From Thermaceae bacterium (lineage in GTDB: Bacteria > Deinococcota > Deinococci > Deinococcales > Marinithermaceae), in the NCBI GenBank assembly GCA_026987375.1, contig JALSMT010000081.1, forward strand, positions 17,065 to 81,064: DNA of 64,000 bases, given 5' to 3'. The notes under the pieces are model-generated. The model was not told the DNA's origin. It ran no database searches and saw nothing but the letters and a program-made list of their open reading frames with translations. Made by a program: the position numbers and the translations under genes. The first letter of the stretch is position 1; each line of letters starts with the position of its first letter. Below are positions 32,507 through 42,776 of the stretch, piece by piece.

Positions 32507-34825
32507 TCAGCTAGAGCGCTTTTTGCGTCTCTTAGCGCTTTTAGGCGCTTTTTTGTCCTGGTTTTGAGCGGCTTCCCCCGACCATTCTCCAAAATATACT
32601 TTGGACGCCGTCAAGCGTACCGGCCTGCCGTTTTGCGACTTCTCCTCGGGCGGCCCCGAGAGCACCCTGGCCTGGGAAGGCTTTTTACTCTTGGCGTTTG
32701 CCCTTTTCGCCCTTTTACCCGTTTCGTTCTGTTTCACCGTGTCCTCCTCCAGCAAAAAGTCAATCTGTCTGAGCGCCGGCGTAGCCCGCTCTATGCGAAC
32801 TTTTATCGCGTCGCCCAAACGCCACTTTTTGCCTTTGTGCCTGCCTGTTAGCTCCATGCTGGCGTCGTTGAAGTCGTAGTAGTCGTCGTCCAGGGAGCTC
32901 ATTGAAAGCAGCCCCTCTACGCCGTTTTTGATCGCTACGAAGAGGCCAAAGTTGGTAACCCCGCTGACGGTTCCCTCGAAGACCTCGCCTAAGTGCTCTT
33001 CAGCCCACTTGACCTGAAAGTATTTTGTAAGGTCGCGCTCCGCCTTTTCGGCCGCCCGCTCCCTCTCTGATGTGTGCTGCGCCAGCTCCGGGAACCTGGC
33101 CAGCCAGTCCTTCTTCTTGCGGGGGCCTATCTTCCCTTTTATTGCCTCTTTTAACACCCGCTGAACTACCAGGTCGGGGTAACGGCGGATGGGGCTGGTG
33201 AAGTGCAGGTAGTCTTCGAAGGCGAGCCCAAAGTGCCCCAGGTTTTCGGAGTCGTAGCGGGCCAGGCTCATACTGCGCAACATCAACAGCGACACCGCTT
33301 TCCCTTCCGGTTTGCCCTTCGATGACTGCAGGACCCGCTGCATCGCCCTCTTGTCCGGCTGTCCCATCGGCAGGTTATAACCCAGCCTGTTGAGGGCTTC
33401 TACCAGGTTCTTGTAACGATCGGCCAGCGGGTCTTCGTGTACGCGGAAAAGAGCCGGAATCCCTTTTTCACTGAGGTGGTGAGCCACGGTTCTGTTGGCC
33501 AGCAGCATTAGCTCTTCGATGAGGCTGCGCGCCGCGGTCTGCCGCAATGGCAAGAGGTGCAGATTGCCGTCTTCGTCTATGTTCACCTTCACCTCGCGAG
33601 TGTCGAAGTCGAGCGCGCCGGCTTGCAGGCGACGCTCTTTCAAGGCGCGGGTAAACGTGTAGAGGCTGGCTATGTCTTCTTGTAGCCAGCGGTATTCCTC
33701 TGGCAACTCGCCGCCCGTCAGGAAGTCTTCTACCTGAGCATAGGTGAACCTGGCCTTAGAACGGATCACCCCGTTAACGATGCGGTACTTTTGCAGTTCC
33801 CAATCGGAGTCGTAATCCAGCAGCACCGAGATCGTCAGGCGATCTGCGCCCGGCAGCAACGAGCATACTCCATTGGAAAGCTGCTCCGGCAGCATCGGCA
33901 AAACCTTGCCCGGAAGGTAAACGCTGGTGGCGCGGGCTCGAGCCTCTTCGTCTATCAGCGAACCCTCCTTGACGTAATGGGCGACGTCGGCGATGTGCAC
34001 CCCGACCTGGTAGCCTCCGCCGGGCAGTCGGGATAGGTGAATGGCGTCGTCAAAGTCTTTGGCGTCGGCCCCGTCTATTGTGAAAACGTTGAGCTCGCGA
34101 AAGTCTTGGCGAGCGCGCAGGGTCGCCGCCGCTATCTTGGTTTTTATCGCCGCCGCAGCCTCCGTTACCTGTTTAGGGAAGTCTTCGCGCAGGTCGAAAT
34201 TATGAATCACGGCTTTAATCTCCGTCTCGGGAGTGTAGCCGTCTCCCAGGTACTCGGCGAACTCGCCGTAGGGCTCCTTTTCGCCGCTCTCCTCTGGGTA
34301 GATGACGTTTACGACTATTCGCGCGCCTTCCTCAAGGCCCGCCAGGCCCTTGGGCGAGAGGAGCAGCCTGGCGCTGTAGCGTTTGTCGTCGGGCCGGAGG
34401 ATGGCGTAGCCCCTGGAAAACTCGAGCGTCCCCACCAACTTGCGGCGGGCTCGTTCAATTATGCGAATGATCTCGCCCGAGGGCTTTTCCTTGTTCTTCT
34501 GCGGCAGTCTGCGAGCCGCCACCTTGTCCATCGGCCAGGCGCCGAACATACGCGATGGCGGTATGTAAAGGTCGTCGCCTTCTTCCGCCAAGACGAATCC
34601 GTAACCATCGTTGTGAACCTGTACCGGCCCTACCAGTAGATTCATCTTTTCCGGAAGGCCATAGGTCTTGCGGCGGGTGCGTATCAGGCGACCTTCGCTC
34701 ACCAGCTCCGCTAGGGCTTTTTTAGCCGTTTCTTTGTCGATGCGTAAGACCCGCGCTATCTCGCGGACGTGTACGGGCTTTTTGGGTTTCGAGCTAATGT
34801 ACTCGTAGATTGCTTTTTTGTTCAT
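32507..34825 (-). CDS. rnr: ribonuclease R
   Basis: 772 aa with an N-terminal HTH/cold-shock region, RNB domain (FTIDGADAKDFDDAI), S1 domain and a basic Lys-rich tail. Confidence 0.95.
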   Translation of the reverse strand: MNKKAIYEYISSKPKKPVHVREIARVLRIDKETAKKALAELVSEGRLIRTRRKTYGLPEKMNLLVGPVQVHNDGYGFVLAEEGDDLYIPPSRMFGAWPMDKVAARRLPQKNKEKPSGEIIRIIERARRKLVGTLEFSRGYAILRPDDKRYSARLLLSPKGLAGLEEGARIVVNVIYPEESGEKEPYGEFAEYLGDGYTPETEIKAVIHNFDLREDFPKQVTEAAAAIKTKIAAATLRARQDFRELNVFTIDGADAKDFDDAIHLSRLPGGGYQVGVHIADVAHYVKEGSLIDEEARARATSVYLPGKVLPMLPEQLSNGVCSLLPGADRLTISVLLDYDSDWELQKYRIVNGVIRSKARFTYAQVEDFLTGGELPEEYRWLQEDIASLYTFTRALKERRLQAGALDFDTREVKVNIDEDGNLHLLPLRQTAARSLIEELMLLANRTVAHHLSEKGIPALFRVHEDPLADRYKNLVEALNRLGYNLPMGQPDKRAMQRVLQSSKGKPEGKAVSLLMLRSMSLARYDSENLGHFGLAFEDYLHFTSPIRRYPDLVVQRVLKEAIKGKIGPRKKKDWLARFPELAQHTSERERAAEKAERDLTKYFQVKWAEEHLGEVFEGTVSGVTNFGLFVAIKNGVEGLLSMSSLDDDYYDFNDASMELTGRHKGKKWRLGDAIKVRIERATPALRQIDFLLEEDTVKQNETGKRAKRANAKSKKPSQARVLSGPPEEKSQNGRPVRLTASKVYFGEWSGEAAQNQDKKAPKSAKRRKKRSS

Positions 34826-34873
34826 ACCTCAACGGCAGGGCCATCCCTGCCACTCTCCTTAGATTTTCTTTCG

Positions 34874-36109
34874 CTAAAGCACGCCCTGAAGCATCTCGCG
34901 GGTCGCGCTCAAACTCTCCTCTAACGCCGTTACGGCTTCGTCTACGTGCTCCTCGGTGATTATCAGCGGCGGCTCGAGCCTTACCACCTTGGCGTTATTG
35001 AGACCAAAGGCGGTGAGAACGCCGCGCGCCGCCAATTCGCTGATGACTATCGCGCCGATATCGGCGTCGCTGAACTCTATTCCTATCAGCAATCCTATGC
35101 CGCGAATATCAGAGATCATTTCTGGATATTCAGCGGCCAGATGGCTGAGCCTGCCCATCAGGTAAGCGCCCATTTCTGCTGCTCTAGCTGGAATGTCTTC
35201 GCTGATAGTTACTTCTATTGCGGCTAGAGCCGCGGCGGCCGCCAGCGGATTGCCGCCGAAGGTGGACGAGTGTATGAGGGGATTGTCCTTGAACGGCTCG
35301 AATAACTCGGCCCTGCCTATAGCCGCCCCTATCGGCATGACGCCGCCGCCCAAGGCCTTGGCGCTAGTCATGAGGTCCGGGGCGACGCCCTCCCAGTCCG
35401 CCGCCCACAGCCTGCCGGTGCGGCCCATTCCGGTCTGCACCTCGTCGAATATCAGCAACACCCCGCGTTCGGCGGTGATGCGGCGCAAATCGCGCAGGTA
35501 GCCCTGCGGCGGAACGTTGACGCCGCCCTCGCCCTGCACCGGCTCGACTATCAGCGCCGCCGTCTGCGCGCCGATTGCCTGCTCCACCGCGCCGGCGTCG
35601 CCATAAGGAACGACTTTTACTCCCGGCATCAAGGGCCTTACGGGGTCTTGATACTCAGCCTTGGGGGTGAGCGACAAGGCTCCTATAGTCTTGCCGTGAA
35701 AAGCCTTGCTGGTGGTTATTATCTCGGGCTTGCCGGTATGGATCCTAGCTAGCTTGAGGGCCGCTTCCACCGCCTCGGCGCCAGAATTACCGAAGAAGCT
35801 CATGGATAGCCCCCCCGGAGTTACCTCCGCCAGCTTTGCCGCCAGCTTAGCCGTCGGTTCAGAGATCATTACCCGCACTGACATGGGCATTTTATCTAGC
35901 TGGCGCTTGACCGCCTCTACAACCGCGGGATGTCGGTGGCCTAGGCTCAGCGTCCCGTAGAGACCCAAAAAGTCCAGGTAACGCCTGCCCTGCTTGTCCC
36001 AGACGTATACTCCCTCAGCGTGGTCTTCCACGACGTCCAAACCGGTAAAGCGCAACAGCCCCGCCAATCCGGGGTTGACGTGTCGCTCAAAAAGCTCGAA
36101 TGCTTCCAT
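34874..36109 (-). CDS. class-III PLP aminotransferase (putrescine/acetylornithine aminotransferase-like)
   Basis: HVNPG N-terminal block, FFGNSGAEAVEAALKLAR, DEVQTGMGRTG, TSKALGGG (PLP Lys). Confidence 0.85.
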   Translation of the reverse strand: MEAFELFERHVNPGLAGLLRFTGLDVVEDHAEGVYVWDKQGRRYLDFLGLYGTLSLGHRHPAVVEAVKRQLDKMPMSVRVMISEPTAKLAAKLAEVTPGGLSMSFFGNSGAEAVEAALKLARIHTGKPEIITTSKAFHGKTIGALSLTPKAEYQDPVRPLMPGVKVVPYGDAGAVEQAIGAQTAALIVEPVQGEGGVNVPPQGYLRDLRRITAERGVLLIFDEVQTGMGRTGRLWAADWEGVAPDLMTSAKALGGGVMPIGAAIGRAELFEPFKDNPLIHSSTFGGNPLAAAAALAAIEVTISEDIPARAAEMGAYLMGRLSHLAAEYPEMISDIRGIGLLIGIEFSDADIGAIVISELAARGVLTAFGLNNAKVVRLEPPLIITEEHVDEAVTALEESLSATREMLQGVL

Positions 36110-36166
36110 TATCTTCCTTTGCCGCCATGCGCCGGCCTTCTTTAGTGTACCACACTCAACTTTTAC

Positions 36167-36562
36167 TTACCTAGCCCGTTCGAGGCGGCGCATTAATTCT
36201 GCCGGCAGTCTCCGCGCCTTACCCTCGCCGTCTTGAGGAACGTGCGTCGTGAAGGCGGTAGCTATTTCCTTTTCGCCTATGTGTAGGCTATAACGCATTA
36301 CAAACTTTCTACTGGCCAGTTCCGCCAACCAGCAGGTTACGCGCACCTCGTCGTTGAACCTCGCCGGCCTCTTGTACTGCAACCCCAGTTCTACCACCGG
36401 GAAGAATATCCCCGACTCTTCTATGGCCGCATAGTCGAGGCCGGCGGCGCTCAGCCAGTCCACCCGCGCCAGCTCCAACCAAGCTACATAAGCGCTGTGG
36501 TGGGCTACGCCCATCTGGTCCGTCTCCGCATATCTGACGCGTATTGTAGTTTCGCTTTTCAC
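36167..36562 (-). CDS. acyl-CoA thioesterase, YbgC/4HBT hotdog family
   Basis: IRVRYAETDQMGVAHHSAYVAWLE N-terminal signature. Confidence 0.85.
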   Translation of the reverse strand: MKSETTIRVRYAETDQMGVAHHSAYVAWLELARVDWLSAAGLDYAAIEESGIFFPVVELGLQYKRPARFNDEVRVTCWLAELASRKFVMRYSLHIGEKEIATAFTTHVPQDGEGKARRLPAELMRRLERAR

Positions 36563-36571
36563 TATCTTCTC

Positions 36572-36871
36572 CTAGTCGCCCTGCGACTCATCCGCGTAAA
36601 AAGTCAGCCTGGGGATGCGCCTCAGCGAGACGCTCGCGCCCAGCTCTTCCTGCAGGAAACCGTGCGCGCGGTTGAGGATTTCGGCCGTTTCCGCCGTGCG
36701 CTCTATTGCGCTCACCAGCACCTTGGCGCTCGATAAGTCAGCGCTGAGTCGCACCTTCTTAACGGTCACCACTAGCGGCAGGCGAGGGTCTTTCATATCG
36801 TGGATGATATCGCTAAGAGCCCTGGCGACGTGCAGCTCCATTCGTGTCAACGTCTTGTTAGCCACCCGCAC
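36572..36871 (-). CDS. rbfA: ribosome-binding factor A
   Basis: About 99 aa with the KDPRL...VTV..V.LS.DLS.AKV pattern. Confidence 0.85.
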   Translation of the reverse strand: MRVANKTLTRMELHVARALSDIIHDMKDPRLPLVVTVKKVRLSADLSSAKVLVSAIERTAETAEILNRAHGFLQEELGASVSLRRIPRLTFYADESQGD

Positions 36872-36888
36872 CTCCGTATGGTTGATGC

Positions 36889-38202
36889 TTAGCTTATCTG
36901 CGCAGCGGCGTTTTTGATGAGCCCCTCGAGCCAGTCGGCTACCTTGATTACGTCGTTCTCGTCTGGGCCTTCGACCATTATCCTAAGCAGCGGCTCTGTG
37001 CCCGAGGGGCGGACGTTTATGCGGCCTTGGGGCAGCATTCTTTGCGCTTCCGCTAGCCACTGAGACAGCTGGGGATTATTCATGAGCGCTTCTTTGTCGG
37101 CGACCTCGACGTTGCGTAAAAGTTGCGGGTACATCTGCAAGCGGTCTACCCACTCCTCGAGACTTAGGTCTGAGCGCAACAAAGAGTCTAGCGTCAATAG
37201 CGCCGTCTGGATGCCGTCGCCCGTTTGCAGGTGGTCGAGAAAAAGTATGTGCCCGCTCTGTTCGCCGCCCAGCCTGAGATTGCGCTTCCTCATCTCTTGA
37301 TAGACGTACCTGTCGCCCACCGCCGTGCGGATGAACTCTATTCCCTCTGCTTCAAGAGCTCGCTGCAGCGCTAGGTTGCTCATCAGAGTTCCCACTACCG
37401 CTTTTTCGCGGCGCACCAGGGCGTTGATGTAAAGCAGCCTGTCGCCGTCTACCACCCGGCCCCTGGCGTCTACCAGTATTACTCTGTCTCCATCCCCGTC
37501 AAAAGCTATCCCCATATCGGCGGAGTTCTCCAGCACGGTTCGCGCCAACAACCGTGGGTGAGTCGAGCCGCAACCGCGGTTGATGTTCTTGCCGTCGGGA
37601 GTATTACATATGGCGAATACCTCTGCTCCTAGGCCTTGAAAAGCGCGAACCGCCACGCGGTAGGTCGCGCCGTTGGCGGTGTCCAGCACCAGTTTGAGAC
37701 CCTCAAGACGGGGGCCGAGGGCGATCAAGCGGTCTATGTAGAGCCTCTCCGCCTCACGGTGGTTGCTGACCGTGGCGATCGCGGTAGATTGATACTCCTC
37801 GTGCAACCCGTCTTCAATGGCGCTTTCCGCGTCGTCGCTAAGTTTTTCACCGCCGGGGCCGAAGAACTTTATACCGTTATCGCGATAGGGGTTGTGGCTG
37901 GCGGATATGACTATCCCCGCCGTCGCTTCTAGCAAGTCGGTCAGATATGCCGCCGCCGGCGTCGGCAATACTCCCAGGTGTTCGACCCTTACCCCCTGGC
38001 TCAACAGACCCGCCGCCAACGCTGCTTCCAGCATGTCGCCCGATTGGCGCGTATCTTTTGCGATTAGTACCACCGGGCGCTGCGAATGCCGCGCAAAGTA
38101 CCTGCCCGCCGATTGGCCTATGCGCATGACAAAATCAGGCGTCAGCGGAAATTTACCCGCTTCTCCTCTTATGCCGTCTGTTCCGAAGTAATTTCTGCCC
38201 AT
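36889..38202 (-). CDS. glmM: phosphoglucosamine mutase
   Basis: YFGTDGIRG start and active-site SASHNP. Confidence 0.95.
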   Translation of the reverse strand: MGRNYFGTDGIRGEAGKFPLTPDFVMRIGQSAGRYFARHSQRPVVLIAKDTRQSGDMLEAALAAGLLSQGVRVEHLGVLPTPAAAYLTDLLEATAGIVISASHNPYRDNGIKFFGPGGEKLSDDAESAIEDGLHEEYQSTAIATVSNHREAERLYIDRLIALGPRLEGLKLVLDTANGATYRVAVRAFQGLGAEVFAICNTPDGKNINRGCGSTHPRLLARTVLENSADMGIAFDGDGDRVILVDARGRVVDGDRLLYINALVRREKAVVGTLMSNLALQRALEAEGIEFIRTAVGDRYVYQEMRKRNLRLGGEQSGHILFLDHLQTGDGIQTALLTLDSLLRSDLSLEEWVDRLQMYPQLLRNVEVADKEALMNNPQLSQWLAEAQRMLPQGRINVRPSGTEPLLRIMVEGPDENDVIKVADWLEGLIKNAAAQIS

Positions 38203-38252
38203 TAGCGATAATTATACCGCTGCGTATTTGAGTTTTGTCTCCAAGCGCAGAG

Positions 38253-40772
38253 TTATTTGGCTTCCAGCCAGTTGTCGCCCATGCCCACGTCAACTTCGAG
38301 CGGGACTCTCAACTTCCACACTTCAGACATCGCCTTTTCGACTATGCCGGCCACTTTTTTAGCGGATTTTTCAGCCGCCTCTACCACTAGTTCGTCGTGG
38401 ACTTGCAGCAGCAGTGAAGCGTCCATGCCTTGCAATTCGTCCTCGAGCTTCACCATAGCCAGCTTTATCAGGTCGGCGGCGCTTCCTTGAACGGGCATAT
38501 TGAAAGCTGCGCGCTCGGCCGCTTCTCTAACGTTGCGAACGCGCGAATTAAGTTCGCTAATGTGCCTCCGCCTGCCAAACATAGTCTCCACGTAGCCGCG
38601 CTCCCTGGCCTCGCTGATTACCCGCTCGATGTACCTCTTGACGCCGGGATACGACTCGAAGTAGCGATCGATGAAGCCCTGGGCGTCACCGTAGCTGATG
38701 CCCAGCTCGCGGCTGAGACGGTGCGCCCCCATGCCATAAAGAACGCCGAAGTTAATAGTTTTGGCGGCCCTTCTGCGGAAAACGTCCACCTCGGAGGGCT
38801 CGAGCGAGAACATCCAGGCGGCCGTTTGCAAGTGAATGTCCCGCCCCTCATTGAATATCTGAATGAGGTTTTCGTCGCCCGAGAGGTGCGCCAGGACCCG
38901 CAACTCTATTTGCGAATAATCCGCCACCACCAGTTTGTAACCTGGCGCCGCCACGAAACCCCTTCTAATCCTGCGCCCCTCTTCCGTGCGTATGGGAATG
39001 TTCTGCAGGTTCGGGTCCGAGCTGGAAAGTCTGCCGGTAGCCGTACCCGTCTGGTGAAAGCGGGTGTGCAGCCTGTTGGTTAGAGGGTGGAGCATCTTAG
39101 GTAGAGGATCCAGGTAGGTGCCTTTAAGCTTTGCCAGTTCGCGGTACTGCAAGATCTTCTCTATGAGCGGGTGCTCGCCGCGCAGGGACTCGAGCACGCT
39201 CGCGGATGTCGAGCGCTTACCTGTTTTTGCGGTTTTTTTGAGAACCCGCAAACCTAGCTCGTCATAGAGCACCGTTTCCAGCTGGTCGCGCGAGTTGATA
39301 TTGAAGGGATGGCCAGCCAGCCTGGCGATATCTTCTTCTAATCTTTGCAGCTCGTTCGCCAACTCCTGGCTCAGCGCCTGTAAATACGCCACGTCGAGAG
39401 CTATTCCACGCCTTTCCATACGCGCCAGCACCAACTGGAGCGGTTTTTCGACGTTTTTGTACAGCCACCACAATTTATCTTCACCGCGAAGCCTCTCGCT
39501 CATTTCTCGCCATAACAACTTAGCGGCTACCGCGCGGTTCTCTGCTTTTTCATCCCAGTTACCGGCGCCGTAGCGCCTGACCGTCGTAGCCGCCTGGCTG
39601 TTGCTGGGGTCGTAAACGTAGGCCAACAAGAGTGGGTCGTCAGCCGGTGATATCGTCACGCCGTCACGCAAGGCGTTGACCGCCAGGTCTTTTGCGGAAA
39701 CGGCGTTAACGGCTTCGGCGTCCGCTAATGCGGTCACGCCGGCCTTCGCCGCCGCCACGTAACCGTCCCACGACGCCGCCAAACCCTCTAACTTCGCCCA
39801 CATAGGCTGGGGGCGGTCGAATACGTAACCGTACCAGGCGCCCGGCGGCGGCGGCCATTCCGCCTGTTCCTGAGTTGGCGTACTTATCAGGCCAAGCTCC
39901 CGCAGCAGCGAACCAAACTCCAACTCGCGTAAAAATTGCGCCAGCTCCTTTTCTTTTATGGTGTTGCGGTGGCAGGATTCGAGGTCCACCGAAAGCGGTA
40001 CGCTTTCACGCATACGCGACATCTCCAGCGAAAAATAGGCGGATTCCCTGCCTTCTTCCAGCTTTTTCCTGAGACCCGGCGGTTTAACTTCCGCCAGGTG
40101 AGAGTAGATATCGTCGATGTTGGGCCAGCGCTGCAGCAGTTTGGCCGCGCCCTTGGCGCCTATTCCCTTGACGCCGGGGATATTGTCCGAACTATCGCCG
40201 GTAAGGGCGCGAAAGTCTACCCACTGCTCGGGTCCGACGCCGTACTTCTCACGCAAATACTCAGGCGTGATCCTCTTGCCGTCTGGGGTAATCACGACCA
40301 CTTTGCCCGAAAGAAGCTGGTAGGCGTCACGGTCTCCTGTAAGGATCTCCACCAGGTAGCCCCTGCGCTCGGCTTCTTTGGCGAGCGTGGCGATTACGTC
40401 GTCGGCTTCGACGCCCCTTACCTCCAGCCGCACCAGTCCCAATAGGTCGACTAGCTGCTTCATCTTCTCGACCTGCGGCCCAAAGTCTTCCGGCGGGGCT
40501 ATGCGCTTGGCTTTGTACTCTGCGTAAGCCTCGTGGCGAAAGCTGGGGCCCGGCGCGTCGAAAACGACAATAACGCAGTCGCCGTCTTCCTTCAGCAGCT
40601 TTAGGAGGGCCCTGGCGAAGCCGTAAACCGCGTGAACAGGCTCGCCGCGGCCCGTCGTCAGACCCGCGTCTTTGAGCGCGTAGTAGTTGCGAAACGCCAG
40701 GTGGTGTCCGTCCACCAAGACTATCTTTTCCGGCTTGCCGCCGAATAGCGCGGGCTGCTCTAAAGAACTCAC
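38253..40772 (-). CDS. polA: DNA polymerase I, Taq-like (5' nuclease + inactive 3'-5' exo-like + polymerase domains)
   Basis: Collinear with Taq Pol I as I remember it (VLVDGHHLAFR, RSTSASVLE, DYSQIELRVLAH, QVHDELV). Exo I/II/III acidic motifs are absent. Confidence 0.97.
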   Translation of the reverse strand: MSSLEQPALFGGKPEKIVLVDGHHLAFRNYYALKDAGLTTGRGEPVHAVYGFARALLKLLKEDGDCVIVVFDAPGPSFRHEAYAEYKAKRIAPPEDFGPQVEKMKQLVDLLGLVRLEVRGVEADDVIATLAKEAERRGYLVEILTGDRDAYQLLSGKVVVITPDGKRITPEYLREKYGVGPEQWVDFRALTGDSSDNIPGVKGIGAKGAAKLLQRWPNIDDIYSHLAEVKPPGLRKKLEEGRESAYFSLEMSRMRESVPLSVDLESCHRNTIKEKELAQFLRELEFGSLLRELGLISTPTQEQAEWPPPPGAWYGYVFDRPQPMWAKLEGLAASWDGYVAAAKAGVTALADAEAVNAVSAKDLAVNALRDGVTISPADDPLLLAYVYDPSNSQAATTVRRYGAGNWDEKAENRAVAAKLLWREMSERLRGEDKLWWLYKNVEKPLQLVLARMERRGIALDVAYLQALSQELANELQRLEEDIARLAGHPFNINSRDQLETVLYDELGLRVLKKTAKTGKRSTSASVLESLRGEHPLIEKILQYRELAKLKGTYLDPLPKMLHPLTNRLHTRFHQTGTATGRLSSSDPNLQNIPIRTEEGRRIRRGFVAAPGYKLVVADYSQIELRVLAHLSGDENLIQIFNEGRDIHLQTAAWMFSLEPSEVDVFRRRAAKTINFGVLYGMGAHRLSRELGISYGDAQGFIDRYFESYPGVKRYIERVISEARERGYVETMFGRRRHISELNSRVRNVREAAERAAFNMPVQGSAADLIKLAMVKLEDELQGMDASLLLQVHDELVVEAAEKSAKKVAGIVEKAMSEVWKLRVPLEVDVGMGDNWLEAK

Positions 40773-41353
40773 TGTAGCGCCACCACCTTTGCAATTCCCT
40801 TGCTGGCGTTTCTGAGCGCGAGCTCTAGATCTCCCGCCAGCGGCTCAGCCACCCGCAACAACCAGGTAACTTCAGCGGAATCGTAGGATTCTGATACTTT
40901 TTGCGCCCCGTGTTCGGCCAGCAAATGGTACAGCCGAGCGGCGACGTCGTGCGGCATTCTTACCTGCAACAGTCGGTAGACCGGAACCTCTACCAGGCGG
41001 GCGCGCCGCAAACACTCAGCCGCGACACCGCCGTATGCGCGAACGAGGCCCCCGGTCCCCAGTTTGACGCCGCCGAAGTAACGCGTCACGACCACAATGA
41101 CGTGCTGCAGGCCGTGACCGTTTATAGCCCTCAGGATAGGCTGGCCCGCCGTTCCTCCCGGCTCGCCGTCGTCGGAAAAGCGGTATTGCTGGTCTATTTG
41201 ATAGGCCCAGCAGTTATGCGTTGCGGCGGCGTCGCGCACCGCCTGCAGGAAAGTCTGCGCCTCCTCCGGCGAGTCGGCTCGAGCCGCCTGGCAGACGAAC
41301 CTGCTCTTCTTTATTGTTTCTTCGTAGCCCGCCGGTTCGGCTAGAGTTCGCAT
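40769..41353 (-). CDS. yigZ: YigZ / IMPACT-family protein
   Basis: IKKSRFV, HNCWAY, DDGEPGGTAG and RYFGG.KLG blocks. Confidence 0.8.
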   Translation of the reverse strand: MRTLAEPAGYEETIKKSRFVCQAARADSPEEAQTFLQAVRDAAATHNCWAYQIDQQYRFSDDGEPGGTAGQPILRAINGHGLQHVIVVVTRYFGGVKLGTGGLVRAYGGVAAECLRRARLVEVPVYRLLQVRMPHDVAARLYHLLAEHGAQKVSESYDSAEVTWLLRVAEPLAGDLELALRNASKGIAKVVALQ

Positions 41354-41368
41354 ATTCCAATCATGCCA

Positions 41369-41905
41369 TTACTTACGCACGCTCGGCCACAAGGGCGCGT
41401 TGCGCAGATATCCCCCGCTGGCGCGCTGGGTGTGCTCGACTGTAATGAAAGCCTGAGGGTTAAGGTCCCTGATGGTCTTGAGGAGCTTCTTCAGCAGTCT
41501 GCGTTGGGTCACCACGAAAATTAGCGATATCTTACCCTCGCGCCCTTCGCCGTCGAAGGAGGTAACCCCGTAGCCCATCCCGCGCAGCTTGGCGATCAGC
41601 TCGGACGCGTCTTTGCGCGTTATTACCCTGAGAATTACCTGCCCCGGCGCCAACCAGCCCTCAACGGTCATCCCCAGCGCGGTGCCCGTAGCGAAACCCG
41701 CCGCCCATCCCAGGTACTGCGCGGGTGAGGATATGTGCGCGAATACGCGGGTTATGGCGAATAGCCAAATCAGCGACTCGAAAAAGGCCAGCAGCGCCGC
41801 CGTTCCTCTTTGCCCCCTGACCATGTAGAGCATTCGCACGGTTGACAACGGCACGTCTAGTAAACGCAGAGCAAAAACAACAGCCGCGGCTAACAAAGTA
41901 TCCAT
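41369..41905 (-). CDS. UPF0316 / DUF2179 membrane protein
   Basis: Three N-terminal TM segments followed by a soluble C-terminal domain. 178 aa. Confidence 0.7.
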   Translation of the reverse strand: MDTLLAAAVVFALRLLDVPLSTVRMLYMVRGQRGTAALLAFFESLIWLFAITRVFAHISSPAQYLGWAAGFATGTALGMTVEGWLAPGQVILRVITRKDASELIAKLRGMGYGVTSFDGEGREGKISLIFVVTQRRLLKKLLKTIRDLNPQAFITVEHTQRASGGYLRNAPLWPSVRK

Positions 41906-42706
41906 TCAGACCACTTTCCCCAAAGCTCTTTCCATGACCTCTAACGGCGCCTTTCTGCCGGTCCATAGCTCGAAAGAGCGCATGCCCTGCCCCAGCAGCA
42001 TTTGCAGGCCGTCTATGGTCTCTAGCCCCGCCGCCGCCGCGTCCGCGAGCAGTTTTGTCCGAAGCGGCGAGTAGACGAGGTCGACCACCACTCCTGCCTC
42101 CGGTAAAACCCCCGGCGGCAGCGGCGAAGACGCCCCGTCTTCGAGGCCCACCGAGGTGGCGTTTATCAAAAGGGGCGTTCTCCTCACGGCTTTTTCCAGT
42201 TTAGCAGGCGCCACCAACCAAGCCCCCAGTTGCTGAGCCAATTCCTCCGCCCGCGCTAAGGTGCGGTTGGCCACCCCTACCAGCCAGCCCTTCTCAACCA
42301 GCGCGTACACTACCGCTCGGGCGGCGCCGCCGGCTCCCAATACCAGCGCTTCGCCGGGCAGTACGTTGTGGCGCTTCAGGCTCCAATAAAATCCTGCGGC
42401 GTCGGTGTTGTACCCCCTCAAGTAGCCGTCTTCGTTGACTATGGTATTCACCGCGCCTATCTTCCTGGCGTCCTCGCTGACGTCATCCAGCAAGTCCATG
42501 ACAGACCTCTTGTAGGGCACGGTAACGTTTACGCCTGCGTAATTCGCCGCCACCTCTCGCAAGCGCGCCGGCAGCTCGGCGGGCTTGGTGGGCAGCAGCA
42601 GGTACTCACCGCTTATGCCCAAGTGCGCCATGGCCGCTTGCTGCATCCGCGGGCTCAGAGAATGCTCTACCGGATAGCCGACCAGACCTAGCTTCACGTG
42701 CCCCAT
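41906..42706 (-). CDS. aroE: shikimate dehydrogenase
   Basis: GYPVEHSLSP, NVTVPYK and GAGGAARAV motifs. Confidence 0.92.
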   Translation of the reverse strand: MGHVKLGLVGYPVEHSLSPRMQQAAMAHLGISGEYLLLPTKPAELPARLREVAANYAGVNVTVPYKRSVMDLLDDVSEDARKIGAVNTIVNEDGYLRGYNTDAAGFYWSLKRHNVLPGEALVLGAGGAARAVVYALVEKGWLVGVANRTLARAEELAQQLGAWLVAPAKLEKAVRRTPLLINATSVGLEDGASSPLPPGVLPEAGVVVDLVYSPLRTKLLADAAAAGLETIDGLQMLLGQGMRSFELWTGRKAPLEVMERALGKVV

Positions 42707-42763
42707 TCTTGCAGCATTTCGTTGGTAAGGCCAGCGTGAACGTCACTCAGCGGCTTGTAGAGT

Positions 42764-42769
42764 TACAAT
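42764..42769 (+). promoter_or_regulatory. -10 box TACAAT 7 nt upstream of the hemE GTG (leaderless candidate)
   Basis: TACAAT-CTTCTTT-GTG. No SD is present. Confidence 0.45.
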
Positions 42770-42776
42770 CTTCTTT

